Origin: Octopus sinensis
Taxonomy: Eukaryota
Reading direction: 5' to 3'
Assembly: GCF_006345805.1 (NCBI RefSeq)
Contig: NC_043005.1
Location: forward strand, 35,278,001-35,342,000
DNA length: 64,000 bases
The translations under genes and the position numbers were made by a program. Positions 1 through 11,653 of this stretch are shown piece by piece; the first letter of the stretch is position 1; every line of letters starts with the position of its first letter. The notes under the pieces were generated by a model. It saw only the letters and a program-made list of their open reading frames with translations. It had not been told where the DNA came from and did no database searches.

Positions 1-310
1 AAAAAAACCCACGATGTCGATGGCGACAACAAATGATAGCAATGATGGTGATGATGATGATGGTGGCGATAACTACGATGATGATGGCGACGATGGTGAT
101 GACGGAGAGCAAATTCAGAGAACAAAATGTAAAAAGTAGTAGTTGCAGTAGTGGTAAGTTCCTTATGGACAAACATTTAGAGAGACAGGACCACCAGTGA
201 TGACATCAGTTTCGGTTCATGATGACAAGGAGGAGCCATTGGAGAAGAAAGAACTTAGCTTTTCTCAGTATGGCGGTCATTACCGAAACCCCGCCACCAC
301 CACCACCACC

Positions 311-342
<32 letters not shown>

Positions 343-660
343 CAATTAGTATCAACTAGTAAGTAAACTATCAGCAGCAGCAGCAGCACTACCAACAACA
401 CCTCATCATCGTCGCCACCATCACCACTTCCAGAATGTTTCTATCAACATAACCACCACCACCACCACCACCACCACCCTACTTCATGGCTCTCGTCGCT
501 ATCCTTACCATTACCGCCACCATCCCCACTACCACCACCACCACCACTACCTCCCCCACCTATCATCACTGCCGCCACCACCACCACCATCATCCCCCAC
601 ACAGACACATATCACTGATGCCATTCCCCCATCCACTACCACCACCACCACCACAGCAAC
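1..660. repeat. Mixed trinucleotide low-complexity tract (GAT, CAC, CAA, CAG)
   Basis: Runs of gat/ggt, cac/cca, caa and cag triplets; source of the poly-T/H/P ORF 486-722. Confidence 0.9.
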
Positions 661-789
661 CAGTCCAAGTCACACCTGCAAGACAAGGGGCGATGGGAAT
701 TGCAGTGTTTTTCGACAGTTAAAGAAACGGGATGAGAGGGGGACTGTTTTGAAACAGTAAAATGGTGCTGAGTGATTGAGGCGTGTTCA

Positions 790-966
790 GTTTACTTGTG
801 GAAAACTATTTCGTGAAAAACCACTGATCCATGGCATAGGTGTCCTTCTGTTTCCCATAGTCCCAGACGTCTGAGAGGTGAAGTTCTCCGTGGCAAGGAC
901 TTTAAGCTGCTTATTCTACCAAACGGAAGGGCATCCCGGGCAGTACACACTCTAGCTACGCTACTG
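790..966 (-). mobile_element. Possible hAT-like DNA transposon end
   Basis: Minus strand begins CAGTAGCGTAGCTAG at 966, resembling CAGTGGCGTAGC-type hAT termini; no partner TIR found. Confidence 0.3.
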
Positions 967-1158
967 CGCATATATGTAAAGTATGAGTATAGTACATATT
1001 CATACATATATGTATGCGTGTATACTTATGCATCTATACATGCGTATGTATATATATGTATATAATATGAACATACGTACGTATGTGTGTGTGTGTAGCG
1101 TACGTGGGCATTATAGACATCCATATATACGCAAGTACACTAAACATACACACACATA

Positions 1159-1199
<41 letters not shown>

Positions 1200-1343
1200 A
1201 AATGTAATTTCATTCTTCGGCAGAAAAGTAAGATACCATTTGTACTCGTTTAAGTACTCCCTTGTAACTCATGTCGAGACTTGAAATTAAAAAGAGATAA
1301 CAAGGCACTCCAGCCATTTCGGCTCTCACCGAACTTTTCCATA

Positions 1344-1679
1344 GTAAAGGGTAAAGACCCCCTTCGGTCATGAATGACCATGGGATTGCACCTAGAAAGT
1401 TACCCTCCTAGACACAAGTCCGGGCAATGTTGTTTATGGAAGACCAGCAGTCGCCCATGCATACCAGCCTCCCCTCTCCACGCCACTAGTGTTATCCAAG
1501 GGAAAATCAAAGGTCGATACAGCTTGGCACCAGTGACGTCGCAACTCATTTCTACAGCTGAGTGAACTGGAGCAATGTGAAATAAAGTGCCTTGCTCAAG
1601 AACACAACACGCAGCCCGGTCCGGGATTCGAGCTCACAACCTCACGATCGTAAGCTCGACGCTCTAACCACTGAGCCAT
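1344..1679 (-). mobile_element. tRNA-derived SINE, family A, near full length
   Basis: A-box/B-box head (TGGCTCAGTGGTTAGAGC...GAGCTCGAATCC on minus); near-identical to the copy at 50960-51299. Confidence 0.9.
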
Positions 1680-1699
1680 TAGAATTAGTAATTTGGTGG

Positions 1700-1800
1700 T
1701 GAATTTCTACGTTCTGAGTTTAAAAAACCCGCCGGAGACGACTTTGTCTTTCATCCTGGGGAGTTATATAGAATAAGTATCTACTGTAATACTGAGGTTG
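1700..1800 (+). mobile_element. Degenerate SINE family E remnant
   Basis: tacgttctgagtt...gactttgtctttcatcc matches the family E body. Confidence 0.5.
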
Positions 1801-2940
1801 ATGTAATTTCTGAGGTTTTCAGTCAAATTTTGAAAATTATAATTTTTAAATTATGCTGTGTCTGGGGACAGTCATATTATCTTAATGCCTTATTGTCTAA
1901 CACACACACACACACACCGGTTCGATTTCCATTCATTATTTATACTTTTGAATATTTCTTTTATTTATATTTTTCTTCCAAAATTTTCTTTGCTTTTTGC
2001 AACCTTTTCAACGAATGGACACAACAACATAACATTGTAAATCTACGAAAGATTATCCGTAAAGGTATATTGTCTTGCATTGGTGTGTTTATTCGTGTAT
2101 ATATTTATTTATTCATTTTATTTATGCCTATTATGCAACATATATTGAACACACAAGTAAGTCATCTATGTATACGGATGAGTGTACAAACAAAATCACT
2201 GCGTCACATGATCATGTATTTGTAGGCAAACAAATAATGTCATACAACGACCACGGAAGTTTTACAATCGTTACACGCATGCATAACATGATATATATAT
2301 ATATAAACGCTCAAACATGCATTCATACTTATATAAATCATGACCGTCACTCGCAAAAGAAAATATCACAGTTCTCAGCAACATTTACTATGCTTTCGCT
2401 AATTGTTTTAGGAACGTATATGTAATCGTCAGCGGGCTTAAACACTTTTTAGGCCCTTTCACTTTTGACTCAGTAGAATAGGGAGACCGTGACAGGAGGA
2501 ACACGAGGAGGAGAGATACACAATCACGTAATTAAACCTTATTTTTTTCCACTGAGTAGGCTGAACAAACAGGAAATATAGAATGTTTTTCGAGGTGGGG
2601 TCCCGCGAATCGATTGCTTTACAGCGAGTGACGGCCATGGTTTATATGACTTTAAGTCACGTTGTATAAAATATAAATGCATCATAAACTCATTGTATAT
2701 CCAAGCGTGCTTGTGTATTATATTGCATAACATGTATATTACATCATCACATCGATGGTGATGAAACATATATGCGTATATATCCTCTCTCTATATACAT
2801 ATATATTTACACATACACACACAGATATATCAATAAACTATATAATATATATGTATCCTGTATTCAATACGGACACATACATACATACATACATACATAC
2901 ATGCATGCATACATATACATACATACATACATACATATAC

Positions 2941-2988
<48 letters not shown>

Positions 2989-3220
2989 GACAGAGTGACC
3001 ACTGGTTTCGCACTTGTAAGGCACTTAGCTGTATAGCCAACTCCTCGAACTCAAATGATCACATTCTGACCGTCCATATCAAACTTCTAAATATATAACA
3101 CTACATATATTATACACGTGACTATATGTATATGTGCATGATTTTACACACACACACACACACACACGCATACACACACACACACACAAATATATAAGTA
3201 ATACATAAGTAATGTGCATG

Positions 3221-4924
3221 CAGGGCTGGCTCAAAGCACCAGCAATTCGGACAGTCGTCCAGGGCGCGAAATTTCTTTTTTCCTCACAAGAGTTCCGGAC
3301 CCCAGTAAGGAACTCATTTGCATACAGCCAATCAGAGCTCACCTTGACTTTGTTTTACACAAACAACTACGCAGAGGCAGCCATGCGGATAACGAAGGAT
3401 CAGATCCGTTCAGCTCTCAGATTATGCCTAGGGTTCGTGAATGAATTAAAAACAATCAATCTATTGGTAAAACACACTCTGCTAAATAAAATCAAGACCA
3501 AGAACGGTGTTGTAAGTCGACCGATCGCCATGTAACGGTTAAGTTTTTATTAGTGTAGTTACCAATTGTAACGGCTAAGATTGATTAGGTACACAATAAT
3601 ATGAAATGTCGGAGTCAGCAGTTGTAACGATAAAATTTGTTGTTATAACGGCAAGTTGTAAGATGTGAAAGATGGACAATACTTGAAGTTTTAAGAAAAT
3701 ATTTATTTAACCGTTACATTGAATATATTACCTTGCCGCGACAGGGAGGTGATAAAAATCGTAAAGCATGCGAAGTAAAGATAGCTGTAGATTGTCCTTG
3801 CATAGTTTGTGTTTGTGTTCTCGTCATCGTTTAGTAGTAATTACACAGAGAGAGAGAGAGAGAGAGAGAGAAGAGAGAGAGAGGAGAGGAGAGAGAGAGA
3901 GAGAGAGATAGAGAGAATGATGTTGTAAGAGAACAGAATTAGAGATAGTGAAAGTGAGAGAGTGTGGGACGTTGTCTTTCTTTTTCCCCTCTGGCTATTG
4001 TGTCTGTCTGCTTCCATGAATCTAGTGGTCAGTTCATTAACTGATGTTAGCTCTCTCTCAACTCACGAGTTGTCACTAAAGCGACTAACTTGTCTTTTGC
4101 TTGCGGGTTCTTGTTTTTATAACTCTCCAGAAGGGTAGACATATTGTTGAGAACAATGGGCTTCGTTGGCGGTACTGTGATATCTCTATTCTAGCTTTTG
4201 GTAAAGTAGAAGAGGTTATAAGGGTCAAGTGGTGAAGACATTATTTCGGTCTAGCTAAGGCAATCTGGCAAATGTAAAACTGCTGTCAGAGAAAAACCAT
4301 TGTTCCACCATGAGAAAAGTTCTGTTGAACTGTTGATTTAAATTTGGCTATAGTGGATCGAATCCACATCATGCATGGAAGATCCACTACAGCCATGTTA
4401 TGCCCGGTTTTAGAAGGAAACAAGTAATTAGATAGATTTGCATCTATACCTATAATCGGATTTTGTTAGGGCCCCATATGGTAAATATGTGGATGGGACA
4501 AGTGTGGGTAGAGTGTGATGTGCTAGCAACCCTCTACCCTTACTGTTTTACAAAGTAAGCAACAACATAACAACGCAGAGACAGCCATGGTTGAAAACAA
4601 AACAAAAACAACATGCATAGTTAAAACAGAAAAGAAGCATGGTCATTCCTTATCCAAGTGACCTTATCTTATCGCCCGCTGATCACTTATTGTGCGCTCA
4701 TAAATTAGTTTGATAGTTGAGCTTTGATTGGCTGCATGCAAATGAGTTCATAACTGGGGTCCAGAACTCTCGTGGGGAAAAAAGTTCGCATCCAGGGCGC
4801 CATGTGCTAGGAGACGCCAAGGGAGAGCGTGACAAAGACAAGGAAATTTTCACGACCGTCAGCTTCTACACGCTGAAGTTCAGCTTGCTCGGGGCGCCAG
4901 CAACCCCAGGGCCGGGCTCTTTCT
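3221..4924. mobile_element. Non-autonomous hAT-like DNA transposon
   Basis: Left end CAGGGCTGGCTC; degenerate right end near 4920; about 85-bp inverted subterminal repeats at 3259-3342 and 4716-4800; candidate 8-bp TSD tgtgcatg (3213-3220) / tgtgcata (4925-4932). Confidence 0.6.
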
Positions 4925-5040
4925 TGTGCATATAATACATATATACACACCATATATTTTATATAGTATACATATACATGTATAAATAAATGAGTGTGTA
5001 CACACACACAAACGAATGAATAATATATATAATATATATT

Positions 5041-5268
5041 ATATAAAAGGCTTAGTAAAATAAATTACTTTGCCGCATACTGAACTCATTAGAAATAGCA
5101 GCTAAAAAACTTTTTTAAAACTATTTCTAATACTTAAAGAAAATCTCTCTCATATATGAGAGAGATTTTCTTTAAGTATTAGAAATAGTTTTAAAAAGTT
5201 TTTTAGCTGCTATTTCTAATGAGTTCAGTATGCGGCAAAGTAATTTATTTTACTAAGCCCTTTTATAT
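5041..5268. repeat. Near-perfect 228-bp palindrome with no loop
   Basis: Arms 5041-5154 and 5155-5268 are reverse complements apart from homopolymer-length indels; centre ctctctcatatatgagagag. Confidence 0.95.
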
Positions 5269-5950
5269 AATGTAATAATTTGAATTCGCCTTGAATGGTC
5301 CCTTTGCATACTGAACACTTGGTGAAATTGATTAATATTAATTATTTTGCCCTCAATTGTTTGAAATTATATATATATATATATATATTAATATATATTA
5401 TATATATGAAAACATCAGAATATGTATAAATATATTATGCATACAATCACAGATATGTACATGGATATATAATTTGAGAGCAAACAATACTGGCAGTATG
5501 CTATTATACATACATGCATATATGCCTGTCTGTCTGTGCCTGAATGTATATCAGCATGTGTGTGTGTGTGTATGCGTCCGTACTTTCGTACATACGTATA
5601 TGTGTGTGTGTGTGTGTCCGTACGTATGTATACATGTACTCTTACATACTTCAGCAATGGCATTGACTTTCCTATCAGTAATTACTGCAGTGATTAATTG
5701 ATGATTAATTGGTGTCGAAGTGCAAATACCTGATTGAAATATCAGAGATCACAGGTCTCTGTTAGAGATAGCTACAATCATCTGCGTGACTAATTTCACA
5801 CAAACTATTATATACAATAAAGATATTATAGGTGATAAAACTAGCTTGTTCAACAAGTCCGACCAACACAATATACTTAGTACAATACATACACACACAC
5901 ATACACACATGCACAAACACATCTGAAGAGTAAGCCTTAGGAAATTTTAA

Positions 5951-6092
5951 GGAGTGCATCAGTATAGTTAAGTGATTGTAGTTATTGCGTCGTCCGTACA
6001 CATAAACACACACACACATCAACACACGTGTGTGAGATAATATGTACGGTCGACGCAATAACTAGAATTACTTAACTATACTGATACACTCC
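5951..6092. repeat. 50-bp inverted repeat / MITE-like hairpin
   Basis: ggagtgcatcagtatagttaag...ccgtaca (5951-6000) pairs with tgtacgg...cactcc (6043-6092). Confidence 0.85.
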
Positions 6093-6302
6093 CTATATAT
6101 ATGTATATATATATATAAATGTATGTATATGATTCTAACAATTTATATTGTTTTTTTAATAAATATTTGTATTCTTATCTTAAATGTATTGAATTTTATA
6201 CTTTATGTTTTTATGGTTGTAGTTTTGTTAATTAATTAAGACAACATTCTAATATCCTAAAGCTGATAAACCAAATAATGTGTTTCTCCATTTTCTTATT
6301 TG

Positions 6303-6337
<35 letters not shown>

Positions 6338-6362
6338 TATATATAATAATATAGATAGAGAT

Positions 6363-6394
<32 letters not shown>

Positions 6395-6415
6395 TGAGTG
6401 AGTGAGAGAGAGAGA

Positions 6416-6697
6416 GGCACATGGCCTAGTGGTTAGAGCAACGGATTCGCGGTCGAGGGATCACGGGTTCGAATTTCAGACCGGACGATGTGGGTGTTTA
6501 GGAGCAGAACACTTAAGCTCTGGCAGAAGGTTAATGGCGAACTTCTGCTGACTCTTTCGTCACAACTTTCTGTCACTCATTCCTCCTGCTTCTTGTAGCT
6601 CACCTGCGACGGACCAGCGTCCCATCCAGGTGGGGAACCTATACGCTAAGGAAACTGGGAAACTGGCCCTATGAGCCACGCATGGCTCGAGAAAGAA

Positions 6698-6701
<4 letters not shown>
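6416..6701 (+). mobile_element. tRNA-derived SINE family C (V-domain-like)
   Basis: tRNA-like head TGGCCTAGTGGTTAGAGC...GGTTCGAATTTC; cctgcgacggaccagcgtcccatccagg resembles the V-SINE domain; ends in (CA)n. Confidence 0.8.
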
Positions 6702-6757
<56 letters not shown>

Positions 6758-7223
6758 CGTTTATGAATTTGCTTTGCACGATGTGAAATCGTGTGTTGAA
6801 ACAGATATTGTTATACTTGGAGATGGTAATTTTATTTCATTTTTTTTTTCGCCAATTAACCATATGCACTATATACGCGTTTCTCACTTCACTTTTATTA
6901 TTATTTTTTATTTTAGTGTCCTTTTTCTGAAATCTTTCGTCACACATCCTGTGATTCAGCGCTTGATTAACCCAACGACACGTTAAGAATCATGTAGCAT
7001 AAACATAAATCATATGATCATAAGAGACAATTCTTGTAAATTTCGTCGACGTTTTAATTAGAATGCGGTAACTATTTTAGTTGCCTGCGCTCTTGTATGT
7101 GAATGAGATGAATGACTTCGAAGACGGTAGAACAGTTGTTGCTGGCTACGGCGGAGATGGCCATGGAAAGAAAGATCCGTGGTAAGATTATTATTAAAGG
7201 AATATATCCGAAACGTACTTTAC

Positions 7224-7418
7224 TTTACTTTTACTTGTTTCAGTCATTTGACTACGGCCATGCTGGAGCACCGCCTTTAGTCGAGCAAATCGACCCCGGG
7301 ACTTATTCTTTGTAAGCCCAGTACTTATTCTATCGGTCTCTTTTTGCCGAACCGCTAAGTGACGGGGACGTAAACACACCAGCATCGGTTGTCAAGCAAT
7401 GCTAGGGGGACAAACACA

Positions 7419-7456
<38 letters not shown>

Positions 7457-7618
7457 CATACGACAGGCTTCTTTCAGTTTCCGTCTACCAAATCCACTCA
7501 CAAGGCTTTGGTCGGCCCGAGGCTATAGTAGAAGACATTTGCCCAAGATGCCACGCAGTGGGACTGAACCCGGAACCATGTAGTTCATAAGCAAGCTTTT
7601 TACCACACAGCCACTCCT
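7224..7618 (-). mobile_element. SINE family D (CORE/MIR-like, internal TA/CA microsatellite)
   Basis: Head aggagtggctgtgtggtaa...ggttccgggttcagtcc and tail gctccagcatggccgtagtcaaatgactgaaacaag, both on the minus strand. Confidence 0.9.
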
Positions 7619-7639
7619 TCTGCGTAGTAATTGCAGAAT

Positions 7640-7853
7640 GAATAACGTAATGAGGAAATAGGAAAAGTATAAGTTTCGCTAGGTTGGATCTGTTACAAGG
7701 TTCAAAGACAACAACAGGCGGACACATGAGGTTGCTGAGTGGTAACTCGGAAGATAAGACGATAGGAAGTCGACACAGTCGAAGAGTACGGGCCCAAATG
7801 GAAGAGAAGAATGGAAGCACATTGTGATCAGCAACGTACAAATTGCACAGTAG
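7640..7853 (+). pseudogene. RTE-type LINE C-terminal fragment, decayed
   Basis: Translates KFR*VGSVTRFKDNNRRTHEVAEW...GREEWKHIV, resembling the RTE motif W.GHV.R..DNRWT..V.EW. Confidence 0.55.
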
Positions 7854-7974
7854 AGGTTCATCTGATGTCATCATCAACCCTTGGATGTTATTACCGTCTC
7901 GGATGCTAGGTCTTATAGGGTGGTTAGACGGATTCCATGGCATATAAATTACCTAAGCCGTAACTTTCCGCCGG

Positions 7975-8330
7975 TCCGTCGGAGGATTATTCATCCCCTC
8001 CTGATCAGAAGGCTACCCCGTCGCAGAGTTACCCATTTACACCTCAGTGAACTGGAGCAATACGAAATGAAATGTTTTGCTCAGAAACGCAATATACCTA
8101 TTTCTTTATTACCCACAAGGGGCTAAACACAGAGGAGACAAACAAGGGTAGACATAGGTATTAAGTCGATTACATCGACCCCAGTGCGTAACTGGTACTT
8201 AATTTATCGACCCCGAAAGGATGAAAGGCAAAGTCGACCTCGGCGGAATTTGAAACCGCCTGGTCAGGGAATATAAACACAGATTTTACAATCACGGATG
8301 CAACACTCTAGCCACGAGGCCACGTGCGTT
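7975..8330 (-). mobile_element. Old CORE-type SINE interrupted by a family E SINE
   Basis: Degenerate tRNA head at 8255-8330 and CORE-like cagtgaactggagcaa at 8040-8095, flanking the E copy. Confidence 0.5.
8100..8253 (-). mobile_element. SINE family E, 5'-truncated
   Basis: ttcaaattccgccgaggtcgactttgcctttcatcctttcggggtcgataaattaagtacc...ccccttgtgggtaataaagaaat on minus. Confidence 0.9.
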
Positions 8331-8980
8331 ATCTGATCATCTGATAACGAGGACAAAACAAAAGAAAAAAAAAAAAGAAAATGAAGAAATTTAAACCATA
8401 ACAATAAACTATTTTGCGATATCTCCATCTCAGTATATTTTACAGCGATGCTTAATCATGTTACAATGTATTATAAACATACGGTAGTATGTTATTTAAT
8501 ATATAAACGATGTAATTATTGCAGTAATATGCTTGTTATATCATGCGTGAATCATATGGGCTGGATCACTTAGTTTCTTTTTGTTTTTGTGACTCTTCGA
8601 CAATCGCAGCTTTTCAGGATTAGTCAGGTTAAGTAAACATTGAACGATAAATCCTTATCTGATGTTTATTATAAAGAAAAATTTTTTACATTGATCAGTG
8701 TAATCGTAAACAAACACACACCTACCGCTACCAACATACATATCAAAATTACACACACAAACACACACATATATATATATATATAAATTAGAAACAAAAT
8801 ATATAAAAAATAATATATAATTTTACTAAACGGTATAATTTAATTTTTCATTACTGAATTGATAAAGGTGGTTTTTTTTTCTAATTTATATATATTATAT
8901 TTTGTGAAATTTGATTTAGTATTTCTAAATTGAATTTTTCCCTGTAAGTTTGGAATAATATTCCCTCATATTATTATTAT

Positions 8981-9188
8981 TATTATTATTATTATCATCA
9001 TTATTATTATTATCATCATTATTATTATCATCATCATTATTATTATCATCATCATTATTATTATCATCATCATTATTATTATCATCATCATTATTTTATC
9101 ATCATCATTATTATTACATCATCATATTATTATCATCATCATCATCATTATTATCATCATCATCATTATTATTATCATCATTATATAT

Positions 9189-9269
<81 letters not shown>
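8981..9269. repeat. (ATT/ATC)n followed by (TA)n microsatellite
   Basis: Direct reading. Confidence 0.95.
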
Positions 9270-9272
<3 letters not shown>

Positions 9273-9453
9273 TTTCGCTTAGGCATAGCTCGACGGATAA
9301 CCTGGTGTAGAACTCAATGTACGTATGGTACAGAACATAATGTTATATGAGTATAGAGTGATAACAGAAACAAATGTCACCGGGAAAAACAAGAACTGCA
9401 TTAGCTTACATCTGTTTCTGCTATCAGATGCGGTGGACTTTTAGTTAAGCGAG

Positions 9454-9495
9454 AGTGACTTCGCAGTTTCGGACTATTAGCCTTTCTCGGACAGT
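9454..9495 (-). ncRNA. Degenerate hammerhead motif HH-A, divergent partner
   Basis: Minus strand reads gactgt CCGAGAA a GG ctaatagt CC GAAAC tgcgaa GUC act. Confidence 0.5.
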
Positions 9496-9535
9496 CCGAC
9501 GAGGGATTGCAGGCCGAAACTTCGAAGTCACTATC
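9490..9535 (+). ncRNA. Minimal type I hammerhead ribozyme motif, family HH-A
   Basis: Stem I GACAGU/ACUAUC; core CCGACGA; stem II GG..CC; GAAAC; palindromic stem III ACUUCGAAGU; cleavage triplet GUC (9527-9529). Confidence 0.7.
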
Positions 9536-9649
9536 ATCCCTCTTCTTGTAAAAAAAGAGTATAATAGATACTGTTCTCTACAAAAAGTATTGTTCAGTTT
9601 AAAAAGTATTTTTCACTTCAATGACAAATTCTGTTTATTATAACTGATA

Positions 9650-9955
9650 TATGTCTGTCTGCCTATCTATCTATCTTTATCTCTCTATCTATCTCTGTCT
9701 CTATCTTTATCTATCTATCTATCGATCTCTCTCTATATATCTCTCTCTCTCTCTCTATATCTATATATATCTATCTCTCTATCTATCTATCTATCTATCT
9801 TTATCTATCTATCTCTCTATCTATATTTATCTATCTATCTATCTTTATCTATCTATATTTATCTCTCTATCTATCTTTATCTATCTATCTATCTTTATCT
9901 ATCTATATTTATCTCTCTATCTCTCTATCTCTCTATCTCTCTATCTATCTATCTC

Positions 9956-10000
<45 letters not shown>

Positions 10001-10020
10001 GTCTGTCTGGCTGTCTGTCT
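9650..10020. repeat. (TATC/TC)n microsatellite
   Basis: Direct reading. Confidence 0.95.
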
Positions 10021-10207
10021 CTCATAAAAACACCAATAGCGTTAAGTGGTGACGGTGGTGAAGACAAACAGACAAAAGGACACGCATGAATGTAGACATA
10101 ATGTCTATATCTATATATTCAGCGTGTACACCTTTTGACTTTCATTATTTTCCTTGTTTTTGTTTTAAACTTTGATTGGCTTATATATATATATGCATGT
10201 GTGTGTA

Positions 10208-10238
<31 letters not shown>

Positions 10239-10366
10239 GGGTGGATGCTACTGTAGTTTGTAGCCCCAGGAAGATATCTCCTCCAGCTGGCTATAGACAC
10301 ACTATCTGTGTCCTCTCAGTATTTGTGAAGGGGTTAGCCATATTCAAATGGCAAATATGCGTCACG

Positions 10367-10405
<39 letters not shown>

Positions 10406-10623
10406 TATATGTATATATATATATTCATATATATATATAATATATATATATATATATAGGTATATGTATATATATATATTCATATATAGGTATATATATG
10501 AGTGTATATATGTGCGTGTATATACGCACATATAGCACCCCCTCCCAATAATCTATATATGTATGTGTATGTGTGCGTGTATATATATATTGTATATTGT
10601 GTGTATATAACATATTTGTGTGT

Positions 10624-10669
<46 letters not shown>

Positions 10670-10963
10670 TATATAACAGACAAAGGAACAAGAAATTATG
10701 CAATGAACTTCATTAGCTTACAGGTATTTCTATTACAAGATGCAATGCATTCAGAGTTGAATGCTTGTGCATGCCGTAATAGCTTCCTCGGAGCTTCTAA
10801 CGTGAAGTGCATGTTTAATTACATAAGAAATTGAGTACGTGTGTTTGTTTTTATGTTTAGTTATATTAAAAACAATTTTACGTTAATCTGAATGGTTAAC
10901 TACTCTATATCTTATTTTTTCCATTGTACAAGTTTATTCTTAAATAAAAATATTGCTGCTTGT

Positions 10964-11030
10964 GACCTCGAAATTTCGGCCAGTTAAGCCATCGTCCGAC
11001 TATGGCTTAGCTGGTCGAAACTTTGAAGCC
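10964..11030. ncRNA. Overlapping divergent pair of degenerate HH-A hammerhead motifs (palindrome)
   Basis: Minus: agt CGGACGA t GGC ttaactg GCC GAAAU ttcgag GUC; plus: cgt CCGACUA t GGC ttagctg GUC GAAAC tttgaa gcc. Confidence 0.55.
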
Positions 11031-11444
11031 ATTGTCCACTCTTTTATTATGTATGTATGTATGTATGTATGTATGTATGTATGTATGTATGTATGTATGT
11101 ATGTATGTATGTATGTATGTGTATAAATATATATTTATGTATGTATATGTATATATATATATATTCATACATGCATGCAAGTGATATGTGTCAGTCGTCG
11201 TGAAGTTTTATGTAGAACAACATGTTAGATACAATGGAATGTTGTTTGTACAACAAAGTTATTTAATATCCTCTAATGTGTGTGTGCGCGCGTGTGTACT
11301 CAAGTATGTCATTATACCTACCTATATGTTAGCAGCCAGCTAGGAAGCTACTAAGTGGTCGCTCACTATGGTAAAATAGCAGCCAAAATCCGCTTCAGAT
11401 ATGACCTCTTTTCCTCATTGTTTACTTATTTATTAAGGTGTCGA

Positions 11445-11625
11445 CCAAGCAGAAACGTTAGCGCGCCGAACAAAACGCTGAGCGTAATTTCCTACGGTTC
11501 TTTATGTTCTGAGTTCAATTAGCTTTGTCTTTCATCCTTTCACAGAACCCCAGTCAAGTACTAGGTTCTATGTAATTGACTATGTCCCCCACCCACATAC
11601 CAAAATTGCTGGTCAAGTGCCAAAA
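11445..11625 (+). mobile_element. Degenerate SINE family E
   Basis: gcagaaacgttagcgcgccg...gttctgagttcaa...ctttcatcc...gtactagg...attgctggtcaagtgcc. Confidence 0.6.
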
Positions 11626-11653
11626 TTTGAGGGATTTATTTTATAACATATAT

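Noticed and set aside
486-722. Poly-T/H/P ORF resembling a transcription-factor low-complexity region
   Set aside because: It derives from a CAC/CCA triplet tract; no flanking domain or convincing splice structure.
1305-1345. Minus-strand UUCGG-ugagag-CCGAAAU as a hammerhead relic
   Set aside because: The hairpin is present but the CUGANGA half is absent (a SINE inserted there) and there is no stem III palindrome.
4100-4420. Possible LINE RT remnant on the minus strand inside the hAT-like element
   Set aside because: Only a faint resemblance to the RT N-terminal pattern, with several stops.
5212-5250. CUAAUGA-G...GGCAAAGUA in the 5041 palindrome as a hammerhead
   Set aside because: No stem I or stem II pairing and no GAAA; too many changes needed.
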